Both the position numbers and the translations under genes were made by a program. A DNA stretch of 54,779 nt, filler included, from Porpidia crustulata (taxonomy: Eukaryota): assembly GCA_964255105.1 (NCBI GenBank). It is 4 parts of 4 records of this genome, joined end to end, with 100 filler letters (N's around TTAATTAATTAA, not from the genome) between each part and the next. Parts side by side here need not be neighbours in the genome. Positions count along the whole stretch, not along the records: positions 1 to 13,633 come from CAXUWE010000425.1; positions 13,734 to 27,358 come from CAXUWE010000426.1; 2 more parts are not named here. One strand, given 5' to 3'. Positions 12,901 to 25,917 of this stretch are shown piece after piece. Numbering within the stretch: the stretch's first letter is position 1; each line of letters opens with the position of its first letter. The notes below the pieces were generated by a model that saw only the letters and a program-made list of their open reading frames with translations, ran no database searches and had not been told where the DNA came from.

Positions 12901-13633
12901 AATTTCCGAAGGATATCATTTCAAATCTTTCAACCATAACCACGATTGTTGGCAGCACCTGCTCCACACCAGCAGCAGAAAAAAGCCACTCTCTTCCTCA
13001 TTGCGCTTCCCAAACCCTGTTCACCTCCATGGCTCGCGTCACTGTCCCCGATGCGATACGATATAAATACGGCTCACTAATCTAATTCTTCGTCTCTGCC
13101 TTGAAGGCACCTTTATACCGGTCTGCATAAGCGCTTCACAACCGTCACTGTGTATAACAACTCTTCCTCGATCACATTTACATCGGAGTTTTTGCGCCTG
13201 ACCAATTGATGGCATCATCGGCGGGCATATCTTTGTGTGGTTGTCTCCCTGATGTTTCGGCGTTCCTTCTCACCTGTTCCCACCGATCAGCCGCCCCTTC
13301 TACCTGGGAAGACATAGATAAAAGGCGCCTTGTGCGTGCCGTGGCATGGCGTGGTTAGAGCTTTGGCCATGCACACGCGCACCATAAACCTGTACTCGTA
13401 TTATATTAGCTGGGCCTCCTTCCGGGGGGTTTTCAATGAAGGTTTCGATACTTGGACGTATTTGTTCTGTGCCAAGGCTACGAGAAGCTTCATGTCGTGA
13501 TGCCTCTATCCCCGAATCGAATCATCACACTGTCAAATCGCCATTCTGCGCAACGCCAATCCATCCTTTCCAGGGTATCTCCCGCAACCACCAATCTCAA
13601 AACGCCCATCCATGAAGTCCCCTCCCCAAACCC

Positions 13634-13733
13634 NNNNNNNNNNNNNNNNNNNNNNNNNNNNNNNNNNNNNNNNNNNNTTAATTAATTAANNNNNNNNNNN
13701 NNNNNNNNNNNNNNNNNNNNNNNNNNNNNNNNN
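13634..13733. other. Artificial assembly linker (44 N + TTAATTAATTAA + 44 N)
   Basis: Exactly 100 bp with an all-frame-stop core; the same layout occurs three times in the window. Confidence 0.97.
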
Positions 13734-15364
13734 GTGCCGGATTGCGGGCTGTCGACTGGGGAGATGCGGGAGCTCTTGCGGAGGTCGTCGAAGGCGTGGT
13801 TGGATGGCGGTCGGGCGTCTGAGATTTCGTCGAGGCCGGAGCCGGTTTTAATGCCGTATAGAATTTCTTCTGCGCTTGGGCGGTCGGCGGGGTCGAGCGA
13901 GAGGAGGCGGCGGAGGAAGGTGTAGAGTTTTTCTGGCAGGTCGGGGCGGAGTTTTCGTTCCTCGTGGAGACCGGCCCAGGAGGTGATCTCATCGCGGAGG
14001 AGGTCGAGGTCTTCGTTTTCTTCGTTGAGATTGTCGGCATGGTGATAGGGGAGTTGCGCAAAGCAGAGGAAGTAGAGGATCATGCCTAGAGAAAAGATGT
14101 CGGATTTGGATGTAAAGTTGCTGTAGGAACCTGATGGGTACTCGCGCCGAAGAACTTCCGGAGCGCAATAAGATATTGTACCGGTAGCGCCAGTGGATTT
14201 GCGGACCATGTGCTCTACCTGAACTTCTCCGAAGTCACTCACGAGCACTCTGAGCCCCTTCCCAGCGTCGTGTAGTAAGCAATTACTAGGCTTAAGATCT
14301 CGATGGATATAGCCGTTAACGTGAAGGTGATTGAGGCCAGACGTGATGTCCTTAAAGAAAGAATAAATTTCTTCAAACTGCAGCTTGCGACCATGTAGTT
14401 CTCGGGGTGATTCCAGCTCCGTTTTGGAACGTCGTCGTAATCTCTCTTTGAGCTGGTACGCCATGTCGGGTGATTTTGCAGAACTCGTAATATAGTTGTG
14501 TAGGTCGCCCGAATTGCAATATTGCTGGAGAATGAACGCGCACGGCACGCTAGGACCAAAGTTGGATAATTTGACATCCTCAAGCCATACGTGCCTATAC
14601 GAAACCAAATGTTGATGAGAGAGGTACTGCAAAAGTTGTACCTCGATCAAGACCTTTTCAAGCCATTCGTGGTCATCACCCACAGGCACCCTCTTGCAGG
14701 CGAAGTGACCTAGGGTGACACCGTCTAATACATGTTTGACAAGTATTACGACACCTTTCCCTCCTCTTCCCAGCTCCCTTTCCTCAATGAAGAATCTTTG
14801 AAAGTAGTTCGGACTAAATGCGGCAGATGAAATTCCCGTTGGAGAGGAGGGGGCACCAGGTGGACTGATTGGGGGTTTTGGACCTCGGCCAGTACCTAGT
14901 GGAGAGCTGTTTTGGTGGCCCACCGGCTGTACCAATCGTCTTCGAGGGGATGGTGGCGCTGAAGAATTCTCTGAGCCTGGCAAGCTTTGGTGCAACATGC
15001 GGAAATACTCTGGACTGACAAATCCTCCGCCGGCCACGCCTGGGCTTGGGCTGCGCTGCTCGCGGTTATGGCTGTTTCCCTTTCCTTGTAAAGGACGATG
15101 ACAGTATGGACATTCTGCAAGCTCTATCTGTCCGTCGGCCGAGGCGTCACGAAGGACCAGCTGCTTGGACTGGGAATCAAAGACGACGACAGAATCATTA
15201 TGACGTCTGGGAGTATGGTCAGCTAACGCTTGAACCTATTGATGTGCCAGTCGATATATGAAGAGGTAAACATACAGAACGACCTCACGATTTGTGCCGT
15301 ACGGAACAATAGACATCCCACGTTGGATTTCGAGATGATCGTTGTTCGCAATGTTTTGAGCCAT
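13734..15364 (-). CDS. IKS1: IKS1-family Ser/Thr protein kinase; 3' end lost in the gap
   Basis: Exon 1 MAQNI...MSIVPYGTNREVVL, intron 15275-15207, then RHNDSVVVFD...CPYCHRP...YFQRFFIEERELGRGGKGVV, FACKRVPVGDDHEWLEKVLIEV, HRDLKPSNCLL, VSDFGE, GATGTISYCAPE. Frame is open up to the N run. Confidence 0.92.
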
Positions 15365-17263
15365 GTTGATGTCTCAGCCATTGACATCGCACGACCCTTT
15401 CTCCATTTTTAATCTCGACATTGTGGACTTAGCCCAATGCCAATGGAAAGCTATGAGAATTTCATCACTTGCGTAGTTGGTGGATGCAGAGCTTGTCTTC
15501 TAGAGTCGCGAGTGATGTTCGAGTTGTCCATCGGAACGAGCTGCCGCCTCCCGGGCAGCCTGCCGATAGAGTAGTTGAAGATTCCTTCCCCCTTTCAACA
15601 ATGCGACTTCTCCAACACAATATCACAAAGTCTATCTAGTGATAGCTGATCAGTCTACTTTAAAATCTTTGCCTATGCTTCATGAGCTCAGTTGAAGATC
15701 AACGAAATGACTGCCAATATCGCAGCTCCTTTACTGATCGAGCTAAACTAGGTAGACATGATGGTAAACTACCTTGGCTCAGCGATTTCATCTCTCTATT
15801 TCTATATGGATCCCATTCTTGGTTCGACGCACCTCTGGCTGCAACACCGAATCCTCTCCATCTCTTAGATGCTAGTTTTCTATTTTTGATGCTCGTTATC
15901 ATAGGGGCACGGTATGCCTCCGTCAGTACCTGGTGTGGAGAATATAGATGTTCTTGCTTACAGACTCGTGATCTGCACCACGTGCTGGATATGAGTGGAG
16001 TTATTCGAGAGGAAACATTAGGACCAGAATCCACCTGTACCTCCTAGTCCCCTTGCATGCTGATCACTATCAAAGGCAGCATCGAGGTAGCCTCAGAAGC
16101 AAGTCTTATTGTGATGGGTTTCAAGTTGATCACCCGACGGAGCTGTTTTAACACATTCAAGATGCCATAGGTTGTGCGTCTAAGCCACTGACAGGATATA
16201 TGAGGAACTACGTCTCTGAAGTTGTTGGGGTATGGCAGGCTCGAGATCCACGTACAAACATACTAGGAGGTGAGGGAAATTTCCGATGCTTTGGCTGATA
16301 CTGACTTGGCGCATGTTCGAACACGCTGTATTATGTTGTTTATCCAACGCGTCTGTATATTTGGACTAGCAGTCAGAGAGGAGTTTGGAGTGTGCCACAC
16401 CTACGCAATGCAAGAATGCCATCATTTGAAATGCCGAATAGCGGATGCGTTCAGACTCGAATAGGAGCTTGCTCTTGTGCTCGAAGGGAGATCAAGGTCT
16501 TTTTGGCCTACAAAAAAAGGGACAATTTCACAGACGGATGCAGGAACAATATTCAGTAGATCTACTTACCCGCAACTTGGTAAGAGTATGGGTCATTTTT
16601 CATAGAGGCAAGACTGTTTATTCACTTTGTCCAAGTCCCACTGTGATTCCACCACTGAAATGATGAGAAAGTCTTTTGTTTATCTTGACTAAATTTTACT
16701 GTAGGACTAGTCAGGACTATGGGGCATGGATTATTCATTATGAGCCTGGGTCTCTTGAAAAGTCTCATGGTCAATCTTGTGTCTAATGCATGACTACGTA
16801 GCAACAAGATCGAAGCTGTCATGTCGAAACAGGAGACAGATCACGAAGTCAGCTTGAGATTTACCTAGATGCTAGCCTACATACCTCTTCAAAACTTTGT
16901 AAGTCTCCAGCTCACATTGATACACTAACCTGTTCCAAATAGCATATAAATTGACATAATAAAGATATTTTGGTGGTATAATATATCCAAACAGTCGTGA
17001 CTTCGTCTTGACAAATATGAACTCCGTATTAATACACCGCTACTTGGGATGCCATTAATGATCAGGATACCAGTTGGCTCGATATCGTCAGCTTTGCAAA
17101 AGGGTGTTGACCAGAAAAGGAAATTTATAGCTAACCTAGCGTACAGTCCAAACTCCCAACACTGGTATCTGAATATCCACAAGTAAGAAGCCAGTCACAA
17201 TATCACATCACCTCCAAACAGTCAGTTTAATCAATTTAGTCATAACTTCAAATCTTAAGCTCC

Positions 17264-18988
17264 ATGGATGAGGACACCGCAGAGATCGTCCTCTCTCTGC
17301 AGATTGAGGATATGAATAGGCTCCTTGAGCCCTTGACTGAGAAACAGAAAGCTACGACAACTTCGGACAGCCATCTCGCTCTGATTGCCTATCGAAATGA
17401 ATTAGAGGCAAGGTTGCAATTACTTCATGATAGACGAATGGGCCGTAGTATCGCACAAGCCGTTCATCACGATGAATCAGCTGTGCAAGAAGCGAGACTC
17501 GAAGAAAATATTGCAACGACAGATAGAAACGTTGCATGCCGGATCGGCGGTGTTGTTCATGCTCCCAATCTTGGTCCCGTCATCGATATTATAGGAGAAG
17601 AAGACGACGCTTTAATGGCTAGATTATCCGTGATGAACATATCAGTATCCGACCTAATCGATCTTAACCCAAGGGAAGTTTGGGATAACGGATCTACTGC
17701 AACGTCAACATCGTGGACGGACATGTCAGAAGCGGTTGCGGGAAGAGCCTACGAATGCCCGGACGGCCCGAAAGAGGGCAATCTGGATGCCGACCGACGC
17801 CCTACCTCACTTTCTTCCGCCGGAAATGGAGCTAGTGAGGATAATGAAGCTATTTGCGCCAATGTTCAGCATCCTGCAGAAATGACGGAGGCCTCAAATG
17901 CCACCTCCAGTGAAATGGTGAGCTACTATTCTCATAGTGTTGGGCATTCCATTGACAGATTAGCTTCCCCAATACGTCCCAAATGGACCATCGAGTAAGC
18001 TTGACGTCGGCACCATCGACAACGGCTCCATCGGGGCTCAGCAAAGTAGTAGTAGCGTCCCGAATTCCACTTGTCCGAGCTGGGACAATGATGATATCAT
18101 AGGACTCAAGAAACGATGTACTTCATGTGACGAGCCTATAGCATATTTTACCGCAGTATATGCCCCTTGTGGTCATGACTACTGTAAAATTTGCATAAAC
18201 AGTCTTTTCTAATGGCAACACGGGATGAGTCAACCTATCCTCCACGCTGCTGCCGTCAGCTCATACCTCTGGCCGCTGCGGAGGTTTTCTTCACCGCGGA
18301 ATTTATACAGCATTTCAATGACAAGGCTGTCGAGATGACCACGCCGAACAAGACTTACTGCGCCTGGTCAGCGTGTTCTTCCTTCATTCCGCCAAGTCAC
18401 ATAAAAGACGAAATTGCGGTCTGCCCCATCTGTGATTTATGGACCTGCTCAATTTGCAAAGTACATACACATCAAGGGCGAGACTGCCCTCAGGATACTG
18501 CACTCAATGAGTTATTGGACACCGCAGCGCAAGCTGGATGGCAACGATGTTATCGATGCAAACGTTTCGTGGAGCTTAGTGTAGGGTGTAATCACATGAC
18601 GTAAGTCGTTTTTCGTACCTTGAGATGTATCGTTTGGTTGACAAACTCTTGGAACAGATGTCTCTGCAGTGCGGAATTCTTTTACGCATGTGCCGAAAGA
18701 TGGAAGAATTGCCAATGTGAACTATGGGATGAAGATCGCTTGATGAACCGTGCCAACCAGCTTGTCAATAGACTTCCAGCTCCACCGGCTCCAGCAGAGC
18801 GGGAAGCCAGAGTAAATGAAATGCGACAGGGACTTCGGGAGAACGACCTTTGCAATCATAGAGAGTGGCGGCGCCAGGCCGGTAGGGGTCATTGCGAAAT
18901 CTGCGACGAAGACTTACCGTTGTTTATTTATCACTGCACCACCTGTCAAATTACGGCTTGCATGCAGTGTCGTCGCCATCGTATGTGA
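17264..18988 (+). pseudogene. RBR (RING1-IBR-RING2) E3 ubiquitin ligase-like gene with a frameshift: probable pseudogene or sequencing error
   Basis: Exon 1 17264-17917, probable intron 17918-17963, RING1 CTSC..PCGHDYCKIC ending in TAA at 18210-18212. The domain continues in the -1 frame (DESTYPPRCC, IBR YCAWSAC..CPIC..TCSIC..H..DC, RING2 WQRCYRC..GCNHMT), then intron 18601-18657 and CLCSAEFFYAC..WKNCQC. Confidence 0.7.
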
Positions 18989-20033
18989 GAGGTATTCTTG
19001 GAGCCGGAGCTATAATAAATGGGTCGATCTGACAATGTCACTATTTGGGATTCGCTGTAAGAGAAAGGTCGTAAAGTATGAGAGACACAGTGCGTGGATC
19101 CCATGTTTGTCAATTACCCTATCGCGATTAACCAGTTGTGAATTGCTGGGATGAGAGGTAAATTCTTCCGAAGTACTTCAAGCCAAGAATGGCCACTGCA
19201 TTGCATTGCGCAGATAGTCAGTTACGATTTCTAAGATACAAAAGCTTTGTCAAAGACGCATGAAAATCAAGTACAAATTACTACGGATTGCTGGTACAAG
19301 ATACCTTAGTCGTCATTATTTTAGGTTTTGATGTAATGATCGTTCCGTCAACCAGAGTATGGTAGAGTTTGTTTCCGGTCTGGAAGTTTGGTACGGGAAA
19401 GGGGCTGCAGGGAGACGGTAAGTCTAAGCGATGATCTTTCGCTAGCGTAGCCGGCTAAAGCTGTAGAAGCTTCAGTGTTGCGGGACGATCAAGTTTCCTG
19501 TCATTCCCAATTCCCAGCCCCGCCAACAATCCCCCAGCCTTCCATCAAGTAGATACCACGAATAACGAATATATTTTATGACCTCCAAAACCTGTTCCAT
19601 CACGCAGATACGGCCCTGTACATAAGAAGAACATTTTCACCAATCCACAGTCCTGACACAGCGCTCTCGGCAATACGTCATAGTTCATCGCATACTAGTA
19701 CTGATACCGCTGGCAGCCGTTACAGCGATAACCTTCACGAAGAGAACACATCGATACTGTTTGTACCACATACTTCAATACCTAGACGATTGCCGATCTT
19801 AATTGCGCCTGTCCTTTGAAATTCATCAGAGCTCGCGAGAGTGAATTAGAGCTTGCGCCATTCATCCAACAACTACCCCGAAACCAGCCATCCTTCCCTC
19901 TCCGCAATCGCCATCAGGATCATACGCCAGAGGGGCACAAAACAACCTTTACCTCCTCTCGTTCTCTTTACACCAGCTGGCCACTTGCATAGACAGCTGC
20001 GGTAGCGACTAAAGCTCAATACTCACCGTCAAA

Positions 20034-20829
20034 ATGATTGCCGGACTGTTCTTCACTTTCTGGCGCGTTTGCCAGATTCTCACCCTCATACCGACCCTAG
20101 GAATGCTGGTAAGTCCCATCTTGCAGGAGAAATTGTCTTGGACGTTCAGCTCACGTGGCTCAAGTCTTTCTTCGTCCATGGATTCCAAACGGCTAATCAG
20201 CTCACACCTAATTACGTCTTGTAAGCAAGCTACACCTACCACACCTCCCTCATACGTCTGTACAAAGCTGACTCTTTGAAGAGTGCTTTTCATCACCTCA
20301 GTACTTGGAGCTGTATGGGCTATCGCTACCTTATTCCGCCGAAAATCAACCAGGAACTCCGCATACTTCGTCGCTTTCGTCGATCTTTGCTTCGTCGGAG
20401 CGTTCATAGCGAGTGTCTATGAACTCCGTGGTATTGCCTCGGCCAATTGCTCCAACTTTGGAGTCAACAACGATTTTAGCATCACGCTCGGATCGAATGG
20501 GTTCAGCGGTAACTCGCCCTTTACTGCCAGCATCAACAAAACATGTGCAATGCTCAAGGCGTGCTTTGCGTTTGGCATTATGAATACTATATTTTTCTTC
20601 ACTACGTCCTTCCTGTTGCTGTTCATGCATCGAAGCGAGAAGAAGGACGTTGTGGTCAAGGAGACATATAGACGCAGAAGCCATGATTCTCGGTACGTCT
20701 CCTGTTACTCAATCTCATCTGCTTCTTGTCAATCGAGGCTAACAAGTTTGCGACAGACGGGGCCATTCTCGCAGTGGTAGTGGACATCACCGAAGCTCAA
20801 GGGACAGCAGACGCCAATATTACGTTTGA
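20034..20829 (+). CDS. MARVEL-like four-TM membrane protein, 4 exons
   Basis: MIAGLFFTFWRVCQILTLIPTLGMLSFFVHGF...LFITSVLGAVWAIATLF...FVAFVDLCFVGAFIASVYELRGI...KTCAMLKACFAFGIMN, basic Arg/Ser tail. Introns 20109-20164, 20221-20281, 20693-20756. Confidence 0.85.
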
Positions 20830-21975
20830 TCCCATACACCATTTGAGAAATTTCTAGAATGTCATTGATATGATACTGGGAAGTGTCGCGTATAAAGGGT
20901 GAATGCTTATTCAGTCTTACGGTCTTTGCAGAATATCTCTCCTTTTCATTGTATGTCCTTATCCTTACCTTGACTATTGCTTGAATCTGTGTTGTGAAGG
21001 AGCCAGTGAGCGAAAGCGTTCTGGAGTTCTTGCAGGAAATAGCTCCGGGGCAATGGGCATGGATAAGTCTGGAAATTTGGAGGCGGAAGACTTTCTCGGA
21101 AGTGTGACATTAGGCATCTCTTTCCTTCTGAAGCTCGATTGCCAAATACTATCGCCAGTCTCGGTAATATACAATCATCAAATTAGTGGCTTGTGAATTA
21201 CATGGATTGAGGCACAGCAGCAGATACTTCAACGGCGAACCACCCACCGGTCATGATGGTCGGTGTCCTTAATCCCGTGCATTTCGCTCTAGCACTGCAC
21301 CAAAAATAGCGCTGTCTTAAGCGTTCAACTGGGCGCTTACAGAACCTTGGGAATCCAGGTCCCAAGCCTGATTGTCACCACAGCCACCTCGCATGATACA
21401 CAACTCTCGGCCCTTCGTAGAGCTCATTGCATCTGGTTTCAACCCCGAAAGTCGTCGGGACCGCGCAGCTGAAGAGACAACGACTACGCAAGAACAGCTT
21501 TGGTTGGTGTGATTTCTCCCAATCTCCATGGGCTGCCGTCGAAGTCTCCCCACTCCTCTTTTAGGCCTCCCACCAAGTCGCCTCCAGTCCACAACAGTCG
21601 AAGGACTAAACCACTAGGCCATTGTGGTAGCCTTATATCATAACGCGATATTAGTGCTAACAGGGAAGCTGACGATGGACTGCCCTATGGATCACCTGGG
21701 GAAAGATGCGATCCACTGATTTTTCTTCAGCCGCATCTTTGGTGCCATGCTACCTGAAACCATGCTCGGTGACCCCTCAGGACCGGCTATCTTAGCATCG
21801 CATCGACGTCTGTCAAAAGCTGAGTCGGCGCCATGTGATGTTTTCGGTCGTCAGGGCGTGGTGCAAATTTCGAATAATATTTCTTGTTTCCTCTATCGTT
21901 GTCAGATACTTGTTGTCGCTCAACGACAACGTCCGGTCTCGAAGGGCGAGGATCTAGGTGCTGAAGCTTTTCGTC

Positions 21976-24889
21976 ATGAATTTCCTTACGTTAACATTCA
22001 TTTTTGCGATTTCGCTGATATCGCTTGCGTATGGAAGTAAGTTTATATGTCGATCCCACGACTCCTGCGCAACACTCATGAATGTCCAAAGGCCCGCAAC
22101 TATACTTTACACAATCCAGTCCAACTGCGACTTCTGATCCCACTACGCCTGTTTCGGCCCAGAGTATAAGTTCAGGCCCAGTCACCGCAGCGCCTTCGAG
22201 CTATAGGTTCTCCAACTTCTCCTCAGCAGGCACATATACGATTCCCGGAACTGGGTCTGATGACAATACCACAACGATTCACTTGACGTCTTTCAAGTAT
22301 TTGACGCGCACAGTGCCCCAATCTGGAGGATGCACCATCAATGCGCCCAATGCGAATTTGATATATTGGAATCCAGTCACTTACAGCTATTCTCGCCCAT
22401 TCGCTTGCCCTATACTCCCAGCTAGCACTGATGGCGTAGTTCTTGCATCAGTTGTAACAACTGCGCCCTACTCCTTTCCCGTCAGCTTACATGCAGCATC
22501 TACCCGTTTCATAAATTTTACAGATTTCCATATCTCCAGCGTTGGCAATTACACGACAACAAATACATACATCAACCTTGGTACAACGGAGACCTTCAGT
22601 GGGTCTGCATTCACCTCTACCAATACTCTTCCAGCCAGCACGGTGACTCTTACCGGTAGCGGTGTTACCACGACTATCACCCAGAGTGCCAAAACGTACA
22701 CGGGCTCTGGAGCAGGGTTTACGACCACCGACACGATCAGTGGGCAAACACAAATAGGGACAGCCACGGTTGCTATATACTCCACTTCGTCCTTCGCAGG
22801 CGTCACCGACGTACTGCGGCCGGACGTTACCTACATGGGCGCCACTTATGCTTACACAGCTACAAGCCCAACCCCCTATCTGTTTTTCTCCGTGCTTGAA
22901 ATCGAACAGTCCTCGTCGACGTCAACCGTCACTGTTCCGATACCTTTTCTATCTGCCTACCCCGGTAACCCGGCTATTGATTGGTCCGGAAATGCCACCG
23001 CGACCGGCGCTTTGTCTCCAGATCTCGTCGGACAACTTGTGATGTTTGAAAACGTGAATGTCAGCAACTGTGCGGTTGGCACATTCCGTGGTCAGGCAAC
23101 ACTGGATGTGGGAATCTCGTTGTACTTTTCACAAGTCTGTGTTGCGCCTGCGCGAGCGCTACAAACGGTCGGGGGGCTCGGGCCCATCACTTCTGACGCA
23201 GGTGGAGTACTGGCGGCTCCCATGGCACCGACGACAACTCCAGACAGTCCATCTGCCCTCCCGCCAGTGGCGAGCCCACCTCCAGCGCAACCTTCACAGC
23301 AGCAGACAGTGCCACAAGCCCCTTCGCCTGCTCCCCAACCTCCACCGCAGACTGCTCCTCAAGCCCCCGCGCCCGTAGCTCAACCTTCACAGCAGACCGC
23401 ACCACAAGCCCCCTCGCCCGCTCCCCAATCTCAGCAGCAGCCGCCAGCTCCGCAAGGTCCCCAGCCGCCTACAACAGCTTCAGGGCTGGGAGGGTTGATC
23501 TTGAGTGGATTAGGCGCCACTCAGACACCAAGCCCTGGAACCGTGCCTGGCCCTGTGGCCGTTCCTGGTGTTCCAGCAGCCCCCGTTACTGTGACTGTGG
23601 GCAATGTGCCTGTTGCCATTTCCTCAAATAACGTTGTTATCAACGGTCAAACGGTAAATCCCGCTCCAGGTTCGCCTCCTTTGACGACTTTGGTTGGAAA
23701 CCAACCTGTTGTAATCAATCCATCTCAAGTCATTGCTGCTGGAACTACGGTCGCTATTTTAACCCCTGTCGATATCCCTGCTGTCTCCATTGCGCCGGCG
23801 CAGCAACCTCCGGTGATTACAATTGGCAACTCTCCCATCACAGCAAACGCCCAATCTCAATTTGTGGTTGCTGGCCAAACACTTTCTCCGGGCGGCCCTG
23901 CAATTACCGTCGGTGGCACCGCCGTAAGCCTTGGGCCTTCGGCATCCTCTATCTTCATCGGTGGCAGCACGATCCTGCTCCAGCCCAGCGCCGCAGCCCC
24001 TCCCCCTATAATAGCTGGTCAACAAATCCAGATTGCACCAAATGGTAATATTGTGCTGCCCGGCGGGACAACAGTCAGCGCCGGAGGCCCCGCGGCCACG
24101 ATATCCGGCACTTCTATATCCGTGTTGCCTAGTGGCGCTGGTGTTGTGGTTGGTGGTAAGACTGTCGCGCTACCTGCAGGAGTGTCGTCCTCTTTACCTA
24201 TAGTCGCTGGCCAACAGATTCAAGTCGCATCGAATGGTAATCTTGTTTTGCCCGGTGGCATGACGATCAGCGCCGGAGGCTCTGCCGCGACAATATCCGG
24301 CACACCTGTATCTGTTTTACCCAACGGCGCTGGCGTGGTCATTGGAACCAGTACCATACCACTCCCGGTAGGCGCAGCCTCACCACTACCAACTGTTGCA
24401 GGGCAGCAACTTCAAAGAGGTCCGGATGGCAGCATCATCATCCCTGGCGTCACCACCCTTACCCCTGGCGGTGCAGCCGCTACTGTCTCCGGAACGATCA
24501 TTTCTGTCGCTTCCAACGGCGCTTCCATCGTCATCGGTGGCAGCACAATTCCGCTCGCTCCGACGGCTACTCCACTCCCTTCCATCATTTTTGGCGGGTC
24601 TACCATTACAGCCAACTCCAAGACTCAGCTCGTCATCGCCGGCCAAACACTTGCGCCTGGTTCGGCGATCACGGTTTCTGGCACTGTTATCAGCCTGGCA
24701 CTAGGAGCATCGGACGTGGTCATTGGAGGCAGTACGGCTTTCTTGGCAGCGCCCACAGGGCGGGTGAGCGGAGGCGGGAATCTGACGAGCTTCACCGGCG
24801 CTGCAGGAAGTGCGAGGACTGCAGCGAAGGAACGTTTTAGATGCATGGCCATTGGTATGATTGTGATACTGGGAATGTTCGCATTGTAA
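21976..24889 (+). CDS. Large secreted Ser/Thr/Pro-rich cell-wall protein (mucin/adhesin-like), probably GPI-anchored, 2 exons
   Basis: Signal-peptide exon MNFLTLTFIFAISLISLAYG (21976-22036) splices in frame via intron 22037-22091 into the 935-aa ORF. Cys-containing N-domain (CTINAPNANLIYW), Pro/Gln linker, Gly/Val/Ile beta-repeats, and a SFTGAAG + hydrophobic C-terminal tail. Confidence 0.85.
23288..23460 (+). repeat. Coding Pro/Gln tandem repeat (QPxQQTxPQAPxPxx, ~45-48 nt unit, 3-4 copies)
   Basis: caaccttcacagcag...ccacaagcccc.tcgcc.gctccccaa recurs at 23288 and 23381, with a diverged unit between. Confidence 0.75.
24005..24580 (+). repeat. Three tandem 192-nt (64-aa) coding repeats in the cell-wall protein
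   Basis: Units start at 24005, 24197 and 24389 (PIIAGQQIQ / PIVAGQQIQ / PTVAGQQLQ ... GG.AAT.SGT.ISV...GA..V.G..T..L), spaced exactly 192 nt apart. Confidence 0.85.
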
Positions 24890-25917
24890 ATGAAGACTGG
24901 GGATGTATATATGTATGATGTCTAATGGATTCGATGTAATTGTGGATATATGAGCAGCTAGTTATTACATACGATTCCACCGTCAGTCTACCAACCGCTC
25001 AAAACAAACCTATGGACTTTCTACTTGGTCGTGGAACAACATCAGTGCTGTCGATCATTCCCCTGCGGCATCGGAGATACTCCAACTCGAGATATCACGA
25101 CACACTAGGCGACATTGCGCAATAAGCCATTCAAATTATACAATCGATCAATCAACATGCAAAAGAATGAAGAGATCGAAGCTGCACACCCTCAATCATT
25201 ACCTATCCTTACCATCAGTGCTACCTTGAGGGTTTTCTGAAGGCTGTCGTGGCTGTCATTCAATCACCAATTCTTCATATCGATGACGTCTTTGCAAAAG
25301 TGCCGATCTCCCGGGAAGCCGGTCGTGTGTGGCGTCAACTGCAGGAACCCCACGGGTACGATCGAGTTGCTGTGGGGTGTCTGTTTTGATGCGAGATCGA
25401 CGGTACGTGACTGCTAATTGTTGCTACCTTCTACTTGTGGATATCTACTACTCTACTGATGAAGAAAACTGAATGGAGCAATGTGATTGCCATTTTCGGA
25501 CTAATAGACTATGCAGACCTTCACCACCATTACTATGGTGTAACGCCATATTGTATTGGGATCGCACGTTCTCTACCGGATCCTGAAGGATTCTGTTATT
25601 TCCTCCAATTTTGCAAATGGAACCAAGCACGTGGCTGAATGTAGCTCGGACTTATGGAACGCTGATGATAATATTTTCTATCTTTATCGACGTTGGTGTT
25701 GGAGTAAATGGTCTCGACCCGTTAACCCCGATGTGAACTGCCATCCTTGGCTGCGCCGCTGTCGAATCCTTTTAAGACTGCGCATTGGTGATCCTTCCAG
25801 GGCTGCGTCTTCTTCATCAACCTTATATATACAGTTGTACATCTTCTTCACAGCTTCAGATTTTAAGACACATTCCTCATTGTTACTTACTTCCCTCGTT
25901 GATATCTCCTTTTCATC

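Noticed and set aside
13678..13689. TTAATTAATTAA palindrome recurring at 13678, 27403 and 41120
   Set aside because: Always centred in exactly 44+44 N; an artificial all-frame-stop contig linker, not biology.
21702..21740. 9-bp inverted repeat AAAGATGCG/CGCATCTTT upstream of the mucin gene
   Set aside because: A single stem of this length is plausible by chance in 55 kb; no other support.
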